Shown here in pieces: positions 9,701 to 16,287 of a DNA stretch of 16,287 nucleotides. Numbering within the stretch: position 1 is the first letter of the stretch; each line of letters starts with the position of its first letter. Source of the stretch: Armatimonadota bacterium (lineage in GTDB: Bacteria > Armatimonadota > Armatimonadia > Armatimonadales > Armatimonadaceae); NCBI GenBank assembly GCA_043754515.1, contig JAYUUO010000057.1, positions 1-16,287 on the forward strand, in the 5' to 3' direction. The position numbers were made by a program, and so were the translations under genes. Below the pieces are notes generated by a model that was not told the origin of the DNA, made no database searches, and saw nothing but the letters and a program-made list of their open reading frames with translations.

Positions 9701-10300
9701 TCCTTCCACGTCGGGGAGGTAGCGACGGACAGAGCTACCGTTTGGGCAACTGGGCAGGGCAACTCGAACGAGGCCCCGGTGCTGATCCGCTGGGATCGCC
9801 GCGCCCGGACCGCCCGGTTCCTATCGGGATCGGAGACAGGACTTCCGCTCGATACACGCGGCGCGTTAGGTATCGTCGGCGCGGGCGACGCCGTGCTCGT
9901 TTGGAAACAATCGGAGGCGGGTGTCTTCCGGGGGGAGCCGGGCGGTACGCGGTTCACGAAGATCTCGGACGCGGAGGTGTCCGCCGCCGCCGCCGCGCCG
10001 GACGATCCGCGCGTGGTGTTTCTGCTCGCTCGGGACGGCCTGTGTCGCTACACCGAGGCGGATAAGAAGCTACGGTTCTACCAACTGCCGCGCGATTTAC
10101 GCGGGATGGCGGTCACGGAAAACGCGGTGTATGTCGGGACGGGGGCGGGTGCCTACCGGTTCGACCGGGCGAAAGAAACGTGGGCACTGGTGCCGCGCGT
10201 GGGCACGCTCGCCGTACAGAATATACGGCGCGACGGGGACGCGATAGTGATCGAGGCGGGCGAAACGACCGCCCGGTTCGTGCCCGACGCGGTCTGGTAG
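6749..10300 (+). CDS. Large secreted hypothetical protein, probably containing several beta-propeller domains
   Basis: ATG 6749 follows GAAAGGA. The N-terminus is signal-peptide-like (RRR, a hydrophobic stretch, then ADA|A). Repeated blade-like segments include VLFGTDIGLLSLNLGTGSW, LYLTTKNGARHYNGATDVW, VYALTTENLYEYDAAHAAW and VYVGTGAGAYRFDRAKETW. Confidence 0.75.
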   Translation: MSTFRPPNRRRTSVLTRALVLPLILLTVGPFADAAPTRRAASESGGRAASSGLPSPETRSSRHNDSPSPGTVPADVVTHPFAAPLPRPNPMYEPEVPGQGRTPFNIRAPKGITLTPENTYLVALALGRRIAEYLSPPVSLVSRVKPTALYSRDINRPLRVARAGMTEWIGTPIGVKRVDRGQQRVSLFVGTGGLPLGAVESLATDDTGESAAAVVRCRDAGRPLEPDRIVLCLYDVRAGSWRELGTLPPAPRPGDNVSYEEMIHPSNRDWVPYRVLLTAARVILVPSTLQTGGVAAFQVYDRVTGEAVNLPWDETLAADFPAINVNAVAWRGETVLFGTDIGLLSLNLGTGSWHRTLRTQQILQVAVSAESEAVYAVGVPRVPSGAPVTVPPGPANLFVVKPGELGSEPRVIPFPSAPGDTGILTVSSDGTPWLSALGTFYRRGAETGEWTRVDDKGDVLPQSALPPVPPPDFDPFNEAPVIAVAPPDKIPDEAVIARVLIPAPPPFGGAARERDRMRWIRDRFARWISPPDTGDKDVVPLPATISPAELAPPRETFGGFVPDPDDPRMAFGLQVNTLIRLARKAVPGTELAPTWGGFNFGRHYKPFARGTKVERFPLFDAASAAVTERVPVITGALLPDPTAPDALYLTTKNGARHYNGATDVWTDFAVPANTFPFGFDTKLFYAGESASSVSLLLPPHLFRLNITNPPRPVFGLMPGVGANDSLNGNISVSQGALWDGAGHSLDSQARSGDPRYRLLAPDGMSLNGWQTLTPALPDLPSLRDRKRADAYVATGSVAWFRFYTGDARSLTGVNTVAGYDVRAKRWVAPLDTPAYPATEELYITETGDGGALIGMPLTAVSVLRYRPGTAGWEPLTNAPVPVPKYQNGFRPLLAPDGTVYALTTENLYEYDAAHAAWKSLGFPPPARAGSPRSVPLYQSVTTVTDGAIYMGEMNNDLWRMSRTERRWERVREPFRWAGDAGSVSSFHVGEVATDRATVWATGQGNSNEAPVLIRWDRRARTARFLSGSETGLPLDTRGALGIVGAGDAVLVWKQSEAGVFRGEPGGTRFTKISDAEVSAAAAAPDDPRVVFLLARDGLCRYTEADKKLRFYQLPRDLRGMAVTENAVYVGTGAGAYRFDRAKETWALVPRVGTLAVQNIRRDGDAIVIEAGETTARFVPDAVW

Positions 10301-10319
10301 CCGCCGGGTGTACGCGGGG

Positions 10320-10325
10320 TATAAT
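10320..10325 (+). promoter_or_regulatory. Putative -10 box for the rhomboid-like/HD genes
   Basis: TATAAT in the intergenic region, followed by SD AGGAG at 10358-10362 before GTG 10374. Confidence 0.5.
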
Positions 10326-10373
10326 AAGAGGGCGTTGTGAAACATCGCAGTTGATTCAGGAGTCATAAACACC

Positions 10374-11177
10374 GTGTACGGACGTTCACAATATGGGGGA
10401 ATACTCGGCCCGCTGGGGGGATCACCGCTCACCATGGGCATCATCCTCGCGGTCGCGGCACTTTTCGTGGCGACGCTCGCTGGTCTGCCTATCACCGGGT
10501 ACCTACTGTTCGCCCCCGACTACTTCCCGATTCATTTCTGGACTCCGGTGACTTGGCCTCTGGCGACATCGGACGGTGGAAACCCACTCGCCCTGCTTTT
10601 TTCGCTCGGCTGGTTTTACCTGTTCGCGGGCAGTCTGGAGCGGGCGTGGGGGACGCGCGACTTCGGCACTGTGCTACTGGCGACATCGGTGACGATGGCG
10701 ATACTTTGCTGGGTGGGGGCTACCGCTATGCACGGCGGTGGGATTCTCGCCGGGCTGGGCGTGGTGACCGGGCCGCTGATGGTGGCCTGGGCGGTCGTCA
10801 ACCGGCGCGAGATATTGACGTTCTTCTTTCTCCCGATTCCCGCGCCGGTCTGGGGCATCATCGGGGTCGTGCTGACGTGGTTCCACGGCGGCGGCGGGCT
10901 AAGCGGGCTGTTCCTGCTCCCTGTCTGCGCCTTGATGTACTGGTACGTGACTCGCGGCCGCTACGGCTACCCCGGCGGCACTTCCGCGCCGCGCCTCCTA
11001 CTCGATGACCGCGATGACACCCCCGCGTACTCCGGCAGCCGCCCGTCCCGGCGCAACCTGGACGAGGGCGAGCCGCGCCCGTTTAATGTGCTCCGCTGGT
11101 GGCGCGAGCGGCGCGAGAAGAAGCGGCTGGAGGATATATTCCGCCGCTCCGGGTTCACCGACGAGGACGACAAATAG
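10374..11177 (+). CDS. Rhomboid-superfamily membrane protein, probably catalytically inactive
   Basis: About 6 TM segments, an L1-like FWTPVTWP, and the rhomboid-type F.GSLERAWG..F motif. It lacks HxxxN and GxSG. The C-terminal tail is charged. Confidence 0.7.
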   Translation: MYGRSQYGGILGPLGGSPLTMGIILAVAALFVATLAGLPITGYLLFAPDYFPIHFWTPVTWPLATSDGGNPLALLFSLGWFYLFAGSLERAWGTRDFGTVLLATSVTMAILCWVGATAMHGGGILAGLGVVTGPLMVAWAVVNRREILTFFFLPIPAPVWGIIGVVLTWFHGGGGLSGLFLLPVCALMYWYVTRGRYGYPGGTSAPRLLLDDRDDTPAYSGSRPSRRNLDEGEPRPFNVLRWWRERREKKRLEDIFRRSGFTDEDDK

Positions 11178-11204
11178 GCCCGCGCCGCTCCGACGTATAA
11201 ACTT

Positions 11205-12077
11205 ATGAACAGTAATTTTGAAGCGACCGGCGTCGCGGACGACGCGCACGCGGATCGCCTGACCATCGAAACGCCGCAGACGGGGCTGGTGACGCCGCCC
11301 GCCCCGTCCGCCGCCGAGACCCGCGCCGAGAACGCCGCGACGCCGCTCCCTCCGGTCCCGTTCCTGGGACTGCCGACCTTCGCGCAGGATGTCGCGCCGC
11401 CCGGCCGGGAAACCCGCCCGCCGCTCTCGCTCCGGGAGATCCGCCGGGACAGCCGCGTACGCGTGTATATCGCTAAAGGCAACGAGCAGATGCAGGCAAT
11501 CGGCTACACCGAGCATGGGCACCGGCACGCCGGGATCGTGGCTACTATCGCCCGCTCGATCCTGACCTCGCTCGGGTCAACGGAGCGCGTCGCGGAACTC
11601 GCCGCCATCGCCGGGTACCTGCACGACATCGGGTGCGTGATCAACCGGCGCGGGCACGTCGAGGCGGGTGCTTTAATATCGTTTCATATCTTAAGCGACC
11701 TCGGGATGGAGCCGGGCGAGATCGCGGAAGTCATCGGCGCGATCGGCAACCACGAGGAGCCGGACGGCGTGCCGATCAACGCCGTGACGGCGGCGGTGAT
11801 CATCGCCGACAAGTCCGACGTCCACTTCAGCCGCGTCCAGAACAATAACCCGGCGGACCACGACATACACGACCGGGTGAACGGCTCGGTAAAGAAATCG
11901 TTCCTGCGCGTTGACCCCGAAACCCGCAAGATCCGTCTCGAACTCGAGATTGACACCGAGGTCGCGTCCGTAATGGAATACTTCGAGATATTCATTACGC
12001 GCATGGCACTCTGCCGCAAGGCGGCGGACAAGCTGGGTTGCTCCTACCGCGTCTCGATCAATGGACACGATGTGTAG
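11205..12077 (+). CDS. HD-superfamily phosphohydrolase (metal-dependent, uncharacterised)
   Basis: Motifs GYTEHGHRH, AGYLHDIG, INRRGH, IGNHEE, IIADKSDVH.SRV and a C-terminal HDRVN...VMEYFEIF..RM..CRKAA. The start is uncertain because of a Pro/Ala-rich N-terminal extension. Confidence 0.88.
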   Translation: MNSNFEATGVADDAHADRLTIETPQTGLVTPPAPSAAETRAENAATPLPPVPFLGLPTFAQDVAPPGRETRPPLSLREIRRDSRVRVYIAKGNEQMQAIGYTEHGHRHAGIVATIARSILTSLGSTERVAELAAIAGYLHDIGCVINRRGHVEAGALISFHILSDLGMEPGEIAEVIGAIGNHEEPDGVPINAVTAAVIIADKSDVHFSRVQNNNPADHDIHDRVNGSVKKSFLRVDPETRKIRLELEIDTEVASVMEYFEIFITRMALCRKAADKLGCSYRVSINGHDV

Positions 12078-12107
12078 GAGAAAGCTTTTGTGTGCGTTGG
12101 CGGAGAG

Positions 12108-12394
12108 GTAGTGCGCGTGTCGAGCGCGCCCCCACCCCCTGACCCCCTCCCCCGCTACGCAGGAGAGGGGGGACAGGACGGGCAGGTGTTCTTCATTTTA
12201 TTATAGTTTGTCCGTTGAAGAGTCAGGCGCATATTCTACCGGCGGAGGACGTAACGAAGAGGCTCGTCGGCCCGTCGCGTATTAAACAAGCCAAGAACCA
12301 ATAAAAGAAGAAACACCTGCCCGTCCTGTCCCCCCTCTCCTGCGTAGCGGGGGAGGGGGTCAGGGGGTGGGGGCACGCTCGACACGCGCACTAC
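12108..12394. repeat. Long inverted repeat, REPIN/MITE-like, between convergent genes
   Basis: 12108-12190 is the reverse complement of 12312-12394 with one mismatch (12127/12375). Weaker similarity extends outward to 12094/12408 and inward to 12202/12300. Each arm starts with GTAG. Confidence 0.93.
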
Positions 12395-14904
12395 TTCCCC
12401 GCCAAAGCCGTCACCTCCGCGCCCGTCAGCGTCTCCTTGCCGGTCGCCGCGAACTGCACTGCCTGCGTCGCGTTCGCCGCGATCAGCACGTCGCTCCCGA
12501 GAGCCGCCCATCTCGCGAAGTCCGCGTTGCGCCGGGTCAGGGCGAAGTAGGCGGGCGAGTAGAGCTTCACCTTCACTATCTGCTTCTGCTTCTTCGCGTC
12601 GTAGGTCGCGTCCGCCCACTGCGCGCCGTTCTGCACGAACGTGCGCTGATTGACATTCTGGACGCGCTTCGCGACGGCTTCGTTCTCCGCCCGATCCGCG
12701 CCCACCATGTTCTGATAGGCGTAGACGTTACCGACCTGCGCCGCGTTCCGTTGTGCCCGCGACGACTGCGAGACGTTCACCGCCGACTCGCCCGAGCGAA
12801 CGGAGGCACCTAATGACGCGCTGGCACTCGATTTATTGACACTCATGCCATAGGAGGTAACCGAGTCTCCAACGCCCATCCCGCCCTGCCTGCCGCCGCG
12901 ACTCGGCGCGCTGTATGCGCCAGTACCGAAACCGCCTGCCACTCCCATAGGTATGGGTCTGGGCTGGCCCCCGCCCGCGAATCCATCCAGCGGCTCCGGC
13001 ACGAACAGCGCGGTGTACGGCGTCAGGATGCCCCACTCCTTCGACAGAGCGATGATCTGGTCTATCGCCTCTTTTTTCGCGGGGCCGTCCTCTTTCAGAC
13101 GCACCTCGTCGAGCAGGTAGCCGATCTTGCGGTTCGCCCACAGGCGCGGCAGGAATGACGCGCTCGTGTCCACCTCGGGGAGCGAGCTGGTCAGTGTGAA
13201 CGATTGCGGCTTGCCGTTCGCCTCGCCGGTCAGTGTCAGTTTCATCGCCTTCGCCGCGCCGGTGTACCGCCCGACCAGCACCAATTGCCCGCCCGCGAAC
13301 AGATCCGGTAGTTCGCCTGGCTTCGGATAGATCTCGCCCGTGATCGCCGCGCCGTGCTCCACCGTTAGATGCAGATTCTCCAGCACGGGTGAACTGGTCT
13401 TCGCCACGAAGCGCGACGTCTTCGCCTCAATGTCCTCGTCCGGGCGCACGTAATCGGCGTCGCCGCGTAGTGATTGCGCCGCCGAATCCAAGAACGGCAC
13501 GTCCACGTCGTACCCGACGCCGAAGAAGAACGTCCGCGTATTTTTCGCGTTTTTCGCGAGGGCATCACGGATGATCCCGTTCTGGTTCGTGACGCCGACG
13601 GTGGGCAGACCGTCCGTGAAGAAAAGCAGTGTGTTCCCGCTCCCCTTTTCCGGGAACTGCGCGAGGCCCGTCATTAGCGCGTCGTGGATGTTCGTACCGC
13701 CGTCCGCCACGATGCCATCAATAAACGCGTTCGCCCGCTCCCGGTTCGCGCTCGTCGCCGCCAGCGGCTCAGGCGCGAACTTCTCCACGGCGTCGCTGAA
13801 CGTGATCACGTTGAACGTATCTTGCGGGCGCAGTTTGCCCAGCGCGAACCGGATGGCGGACTTCGCCTGCTCGATCTTCTTGCCCTGCATCGAGCCGGAT
13901 CGGTCCATGACCACGACCACGCGGCGCGGCGCGGTTTCGGCGTCGGGCCGTGCCACGGTGGGTGACGCGACTACGAGGAAGTAGCCCGACTGCCGCGCGC
14001 CCCCGGCGAGCGACGCCGTGTTCGGTAGCGCGGCGTTATACGTCAGCATCGAAAGCGCGACGTTCCCCGCGCCCGGCTTCGGCGTGATATACAAATCGAA
14101 CTCCGGGTTTTCGGTCAGCGTCCCCGGACTGTTCTTGTCCGCGCTCCAGGTCGCGACCACCTGCCCGCCCTCGCGCCTCGTCTGCACATCGTGGGTAGGA
14201 GAGTAAAGGTTGCCCGCGCCATCGGCCACGGTCACCTTGACCGACACGGATTGCGGGCGCGTTTGCCCAGGCAGGTACGCGCCGATGAGAGTCCATGCGT
14301 ACTTGTGGGCGTCGCCCTCGCGCGGCAGAACGGTGACCAGTTTCAGCGTTATCTTCCGCTCGGAGTGGGGGGGAATGGGGAACAGGCGGGCGCGGAGCGC
14401 GGCGCGCCCACTGAACGTCAGCAACGCCGGGTCTTTGCGCCGCCGGACGATCTCCTCGTAAGTGCTGGTCGCCTCGCCCTCCTCAAGGAGCCGCGCCTCC
14501 ATCTTCTTCTCGCCGTCGTACATGGCGAAGGACGAAACACTCGCCCCGGCGGGGATCGGGAACACGAAGTCGCCCTCTGCTTCGCGCTCGCCGTCGTTTC
14601 TAAAAACGTGCGTCACTTCGGTTTCGGCGACCCCGCCGCGCACCACGGCCTCCACGGACACCGACTTGACCGACACGGCGGCGGGGAACTGTCGCGGCAT
14701 TATGAACGGCGGCACCGGTAGCGGTGGCGGGTGACGTGGCGGGAACAGGCGCGGCGGGTCAGGCAGCGGCAGCGGCGTCGCCCTCGGTGCCTCTTTCGGC
14801 CGTGGGGGCGCCTGTCGGCGCACGGCGAACGCGACGGTGACAGTGCCGAGGAACGCGCCGGTACACGCGGCGACGAACGTCAGGGACTTAGACTTCTGGA
14901 ACAT
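12391..14904 (-). CDS. VIT and von Willebrand factor A domain protein (inter-alpha-trypsin inhibitor heavy chain-like), exported or membrane-anchored, 837 aa
   Basis: SD AGGAGAG lies 6 nt before ATG 14904. The protein has an N-terminal signal/TM segment, a Pro-rich linker, a VIT domain (F.N...EAEG.FVFPIPAGASVSSF; Y..IV...KDPALL) and a vWA MIDAS (DRSGSM, GGTNI..AL, FFTDGLPT). RLWA...I..LL and LTPYTA follow. Confidence 0.92.
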   Translation of the reverse strand: MFQKSKSLTFVAACTGAFLGTVTVAFAVRRQAPPRPKEAPRATPLPLPDPPRLFPPRHPPPLPVPPFIMPRQFPAAVSVKSVSVEAVVRGGVAETEVTHVFRNDGEREAEGDFVFPIPAGASVSSFAMYDGEKKMEARLLEEGEATSTYEEIVRRRKDPALLTFSGRAALRARLFPIPPHSERKITLKLVTVLPREGDAHKYAWTLIGAYLPGQTRPQSVSVKVTVADGAGNLYSPTHDVQTRREGGQVVATWSADKNSPGTLTENPEFDLYITPKPGAGNVALSMLTYNAALPNTASLAGGARQSGYFLVVASPTVARPDAETAPRRVVVVMDRSGSMQGKKIEQAKSAIRFALGKLRPQDTFNVITFSDAVEKFAPEPLAATSANRERANAFIDGIVADGGTNIHDALMTGLAQFPEKGSGNTLLFFTDGLPTVGVTNQNGIIRDALAKNAKNTRTFFFGVGYDVDVPFLDSAAQSLRGDADYVRPDEDIEAKTSRFVAKTSSPVLENLHLTVEHGAAITGEIYPKPGELPDLFAGGQLVLVGRYTGAAKAMKLTLTGEANGKPQSFTLTSSLPEVDTSASFLPRLWANRKIGYLLDEVRLKEDGPAKKEAIDQIIALSKEWGILTPYTALFVPEPLDGFAGGGQPRPIPMGVAGGFGTGAYSAPSRGGRQGGMGVGDSVTSYGMSVNKSSASASLGASVRSGESAVNVSQSSRAQRNAAQVGNVYAYQNMVGADRAENEAVAKRVQNVNQRTFVQNGAQWADATYDAKKQKQIVKVKLYSPAYFALTRRNADFARWAALGSDVLIAANATQAVQFAATGKETLTGAEVTALAGK

Positions 14905-15003
14905 CGGTGGCTCTCCTGTGATCGAGCGAGTGGTATGCCTGCTTTGACCCGCCGGTCGCGCGGGTGCTTCACAACGCGAGCCGGGCACGAAGCCGTCCCG
15001 TGC

Positions 15004-15870
15004 CCACGCATACAGATCCGCGAGCGAGACCAGGGTCAGGTGCCCGTCACTCGCGCTTCCGCCCGCCAGCTCCATTAGGGGCGCGTTGAAGCCCGAGCGC
15101 GAGAAGAGGAACCAGAACATCCCTTCCCGGTCCAGTTTCGCTTTCGTGATACCGCGCCGCAGGGCGTCGTACTCGCGGATCCCCACCGCGTCGCCCGTCC
15201 ATTTGCAGGAGCCAACCGCCGTTACCGCGTTCCGCTCGTCTACCGCCACCACGTCAATCTCCACATCGCCCGCGCCCCACCAAGTGCCCACTTCGGCGAA
15301 GCGCAAGCCGTCCGGGAGCGCGCGCCCGACCGCATAGCCCGCCAGAGGTAATCGCGGCAAGCCCGCTCGAACGCCGGGCGGGAGACATACATGTTCAGCA
15401 CCGGCTCGACCGAGCGATCCCATACTTGTGAACCCAGATCCCGCGCCACCAGACTACGTGCCGGGTCCATGAATCGGTACCAGAAATCGGCGACCATCTT
15501 TTCCTCCGGCGTATACTCGGGAAAAACAGCGCGGCTTCGGCGTAGTCCAGCGGCTCGATCTTTATCGCGCCGGTTCGCCGGTTGTAAAGCGGGGCGTTCG
15601 CGTCCAGCACCTCCCACTCTATAAACGATAGATACGAGCCATACAGGAACCGCTTGAGGTTCGGCTGCCGCTTGTTGTCATCCCAGAAATGTTGTAGCAC
15701 CGTCAGCAATGCGGCGTCAACATCGGCGAGGTACGGCAACTCATCTATCACGGCGCACACGGGCGTCGGATCGCCGCTCCTTTCCCGCGACTCGGCTTCG
15801 TAGGCCAGTGCTTCCAGAAACACAGTGGTCGAAGCGAATGGCTGAGGCAGGAACACGGCGGGGAACGCGG
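15004..15870 (-). pseudogene. Decayed AAA-ATPase/DUF234/PD-(D/E)xK-like protein (COG1672-type 'archaeal ATPase')
   Basis: Fragments lie in three frames: Walker B VIDELPYL...GS..S....PLYNRRT...IEPL; then FWYRF...FE..CR.YL; then VGTWW...EIDVVA...GSCKW...LFSRSGF...SLADLY. Frameshifts at ~15519-15526 and ~15318-15326, an apparent internal deletion at ~15488, no Walker A and no own stop codon. Confidence 0.85.
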
Positions 15871-15881
15871 GGACAAATAAC

Positions 15882-15912
15882 TTGTCACAAGGCCGCGCAA
15901 CCGGTGTACAAT
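15882..15912 (+). promoter_or_regulatory. Putative purF promoter
   Basis: TACAAT at 15907-15912, 5 nt before the GTG start. TTGTCA at 15882-15887 gives a non-optimal 19-bp spacer. Confidence 0.55.
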
Positions 15913-15917
15913 AAGAC

Positions 15918-16287
15918 GTGAACGCCGAACCTGACGATAACCCCCTCTCCTCTCCCGACACTTTCCGGGAAACGGACGACCACCCCCGCGAGGAGTGCGG
16001 CATCTTCGGCATCTACGCGCCGGGCGAGGACGTCGCCCGCCTCACTTTTTTTGGTCTGTTCGCCCTGCAACACCGCGGCCAGGAAGCCGCTGGGATCGCG
16101 GTCTCTGACGGCACCCGCATCGCGACACACAAGGATATGGGTCTGGTGACGCAGGTGTTCACCGAAAAAACACTCGCGCCACTCCGGGGGCATCTCGCCA
16201 TCGGACATACCCGCTACAGCACTACCGGCTCCAGCATCGTCCAGAACGCCCAGCCGCTCTCGTGCCTCACGAAAAGCGGCTCGGTCG
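15918..16287 (+). CDS. purF: Amidophosphoribosyltransferase (5' part, runs off the window)
   Basis: Manual translation gives ...[14 protein letters not shown]...[20 protein letters not shown]...GLVTQVF...[16 protein letters not shown]...NAQP. GTG 15918 is the only possible start after the in-frame TAA at 15912-15914. Absent from the ORF track. Confidence 0.96.
   Translation, partial: MNAEPDDNPLSSPDTFRETDDHPREECGIFGIYAPGEDVARLTFFGLFALQHRGQEAAGIAVSDGTRIATHKDMGLVTQVFTEKTLAPLRGHLAIGHTRYSTTGSSIVQNAQPLSCLTKSGSV

Noticed and set aside
12108..12394. Simple bidirectional Rho-independent terminator, or a DDE-type IS/MITE
   Set aside because: The arms are far too long, the U-rich runs lie about 20 nt from the hairpins, and there is no target-site duplication or transposase.
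12236..12619. 127-aa minus ORF crossing the repeat
   Set aside because: It is an alternative frame of the VIT 3' end plus translated repeat sequence (PPPPDPLPR...GEGG), with no transposase or endonuclease motifs.
407..15337. Numerous short overlapping or antisense ORFs
   Set aside because: They are expected in high-GC DNA, are Arg/Pro/Ala-rich without motifs, and overlap well-supported genes.
12391..15423. 1010-aa ORF as a genuine nuclease-VIT-vWA fusion
   Set aside because: The first ~140 codons belong to the pseudogene region. A strong SD and a signal sequence mark the real start at 14904.
15871..16208. Minus-strand ORFs 15885-16208 and 16013-16201, and the N-terminal part of 15395-16012
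   Set aside because: These are antisense shadows of purF and its promoter.

Overview
This is a high-GC bacterial chromosomal window; the RND pump with a periplasmic adaptor suggests a diderm host. On the + strand it carries the 3' end of an unknown gene, murQ, a WHG-type TetR regulator with a consensus sigma70 promoter and a palindromic operator that recurs upstream of an RND efflux pair (adaptor plus permease, no outer-membrane factor), a ~1180-aa secreted beta-propeller-like protein, a rhomboid-like membrane protein lacking catalytic motifs, and an HD-domain protein. Converging on these from the - strand is a VIT/vWA protein whose true start is 14904. Upstream of it lies a decayed ATPase/DUF234/nuclease (COG1672-like) pseudogene. 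purF, missed by the ORF track, starts at 15918 on + and is probably leaderless. The most unusual non-coding structure is a ~290-315 bp REPIN-like element at 12094-12408. It has 83-bp inverted arms (82/83 identical) that begin with GTAG and contain nested hairpins and four G5/C5 tracts, and one arm supplies the stop codon of the VIT gene. A tandem pair of palindromic 21-bp repeats sits in the murQ leader. All calls come from reading the sequence and recalled family motifs; no searches were run.
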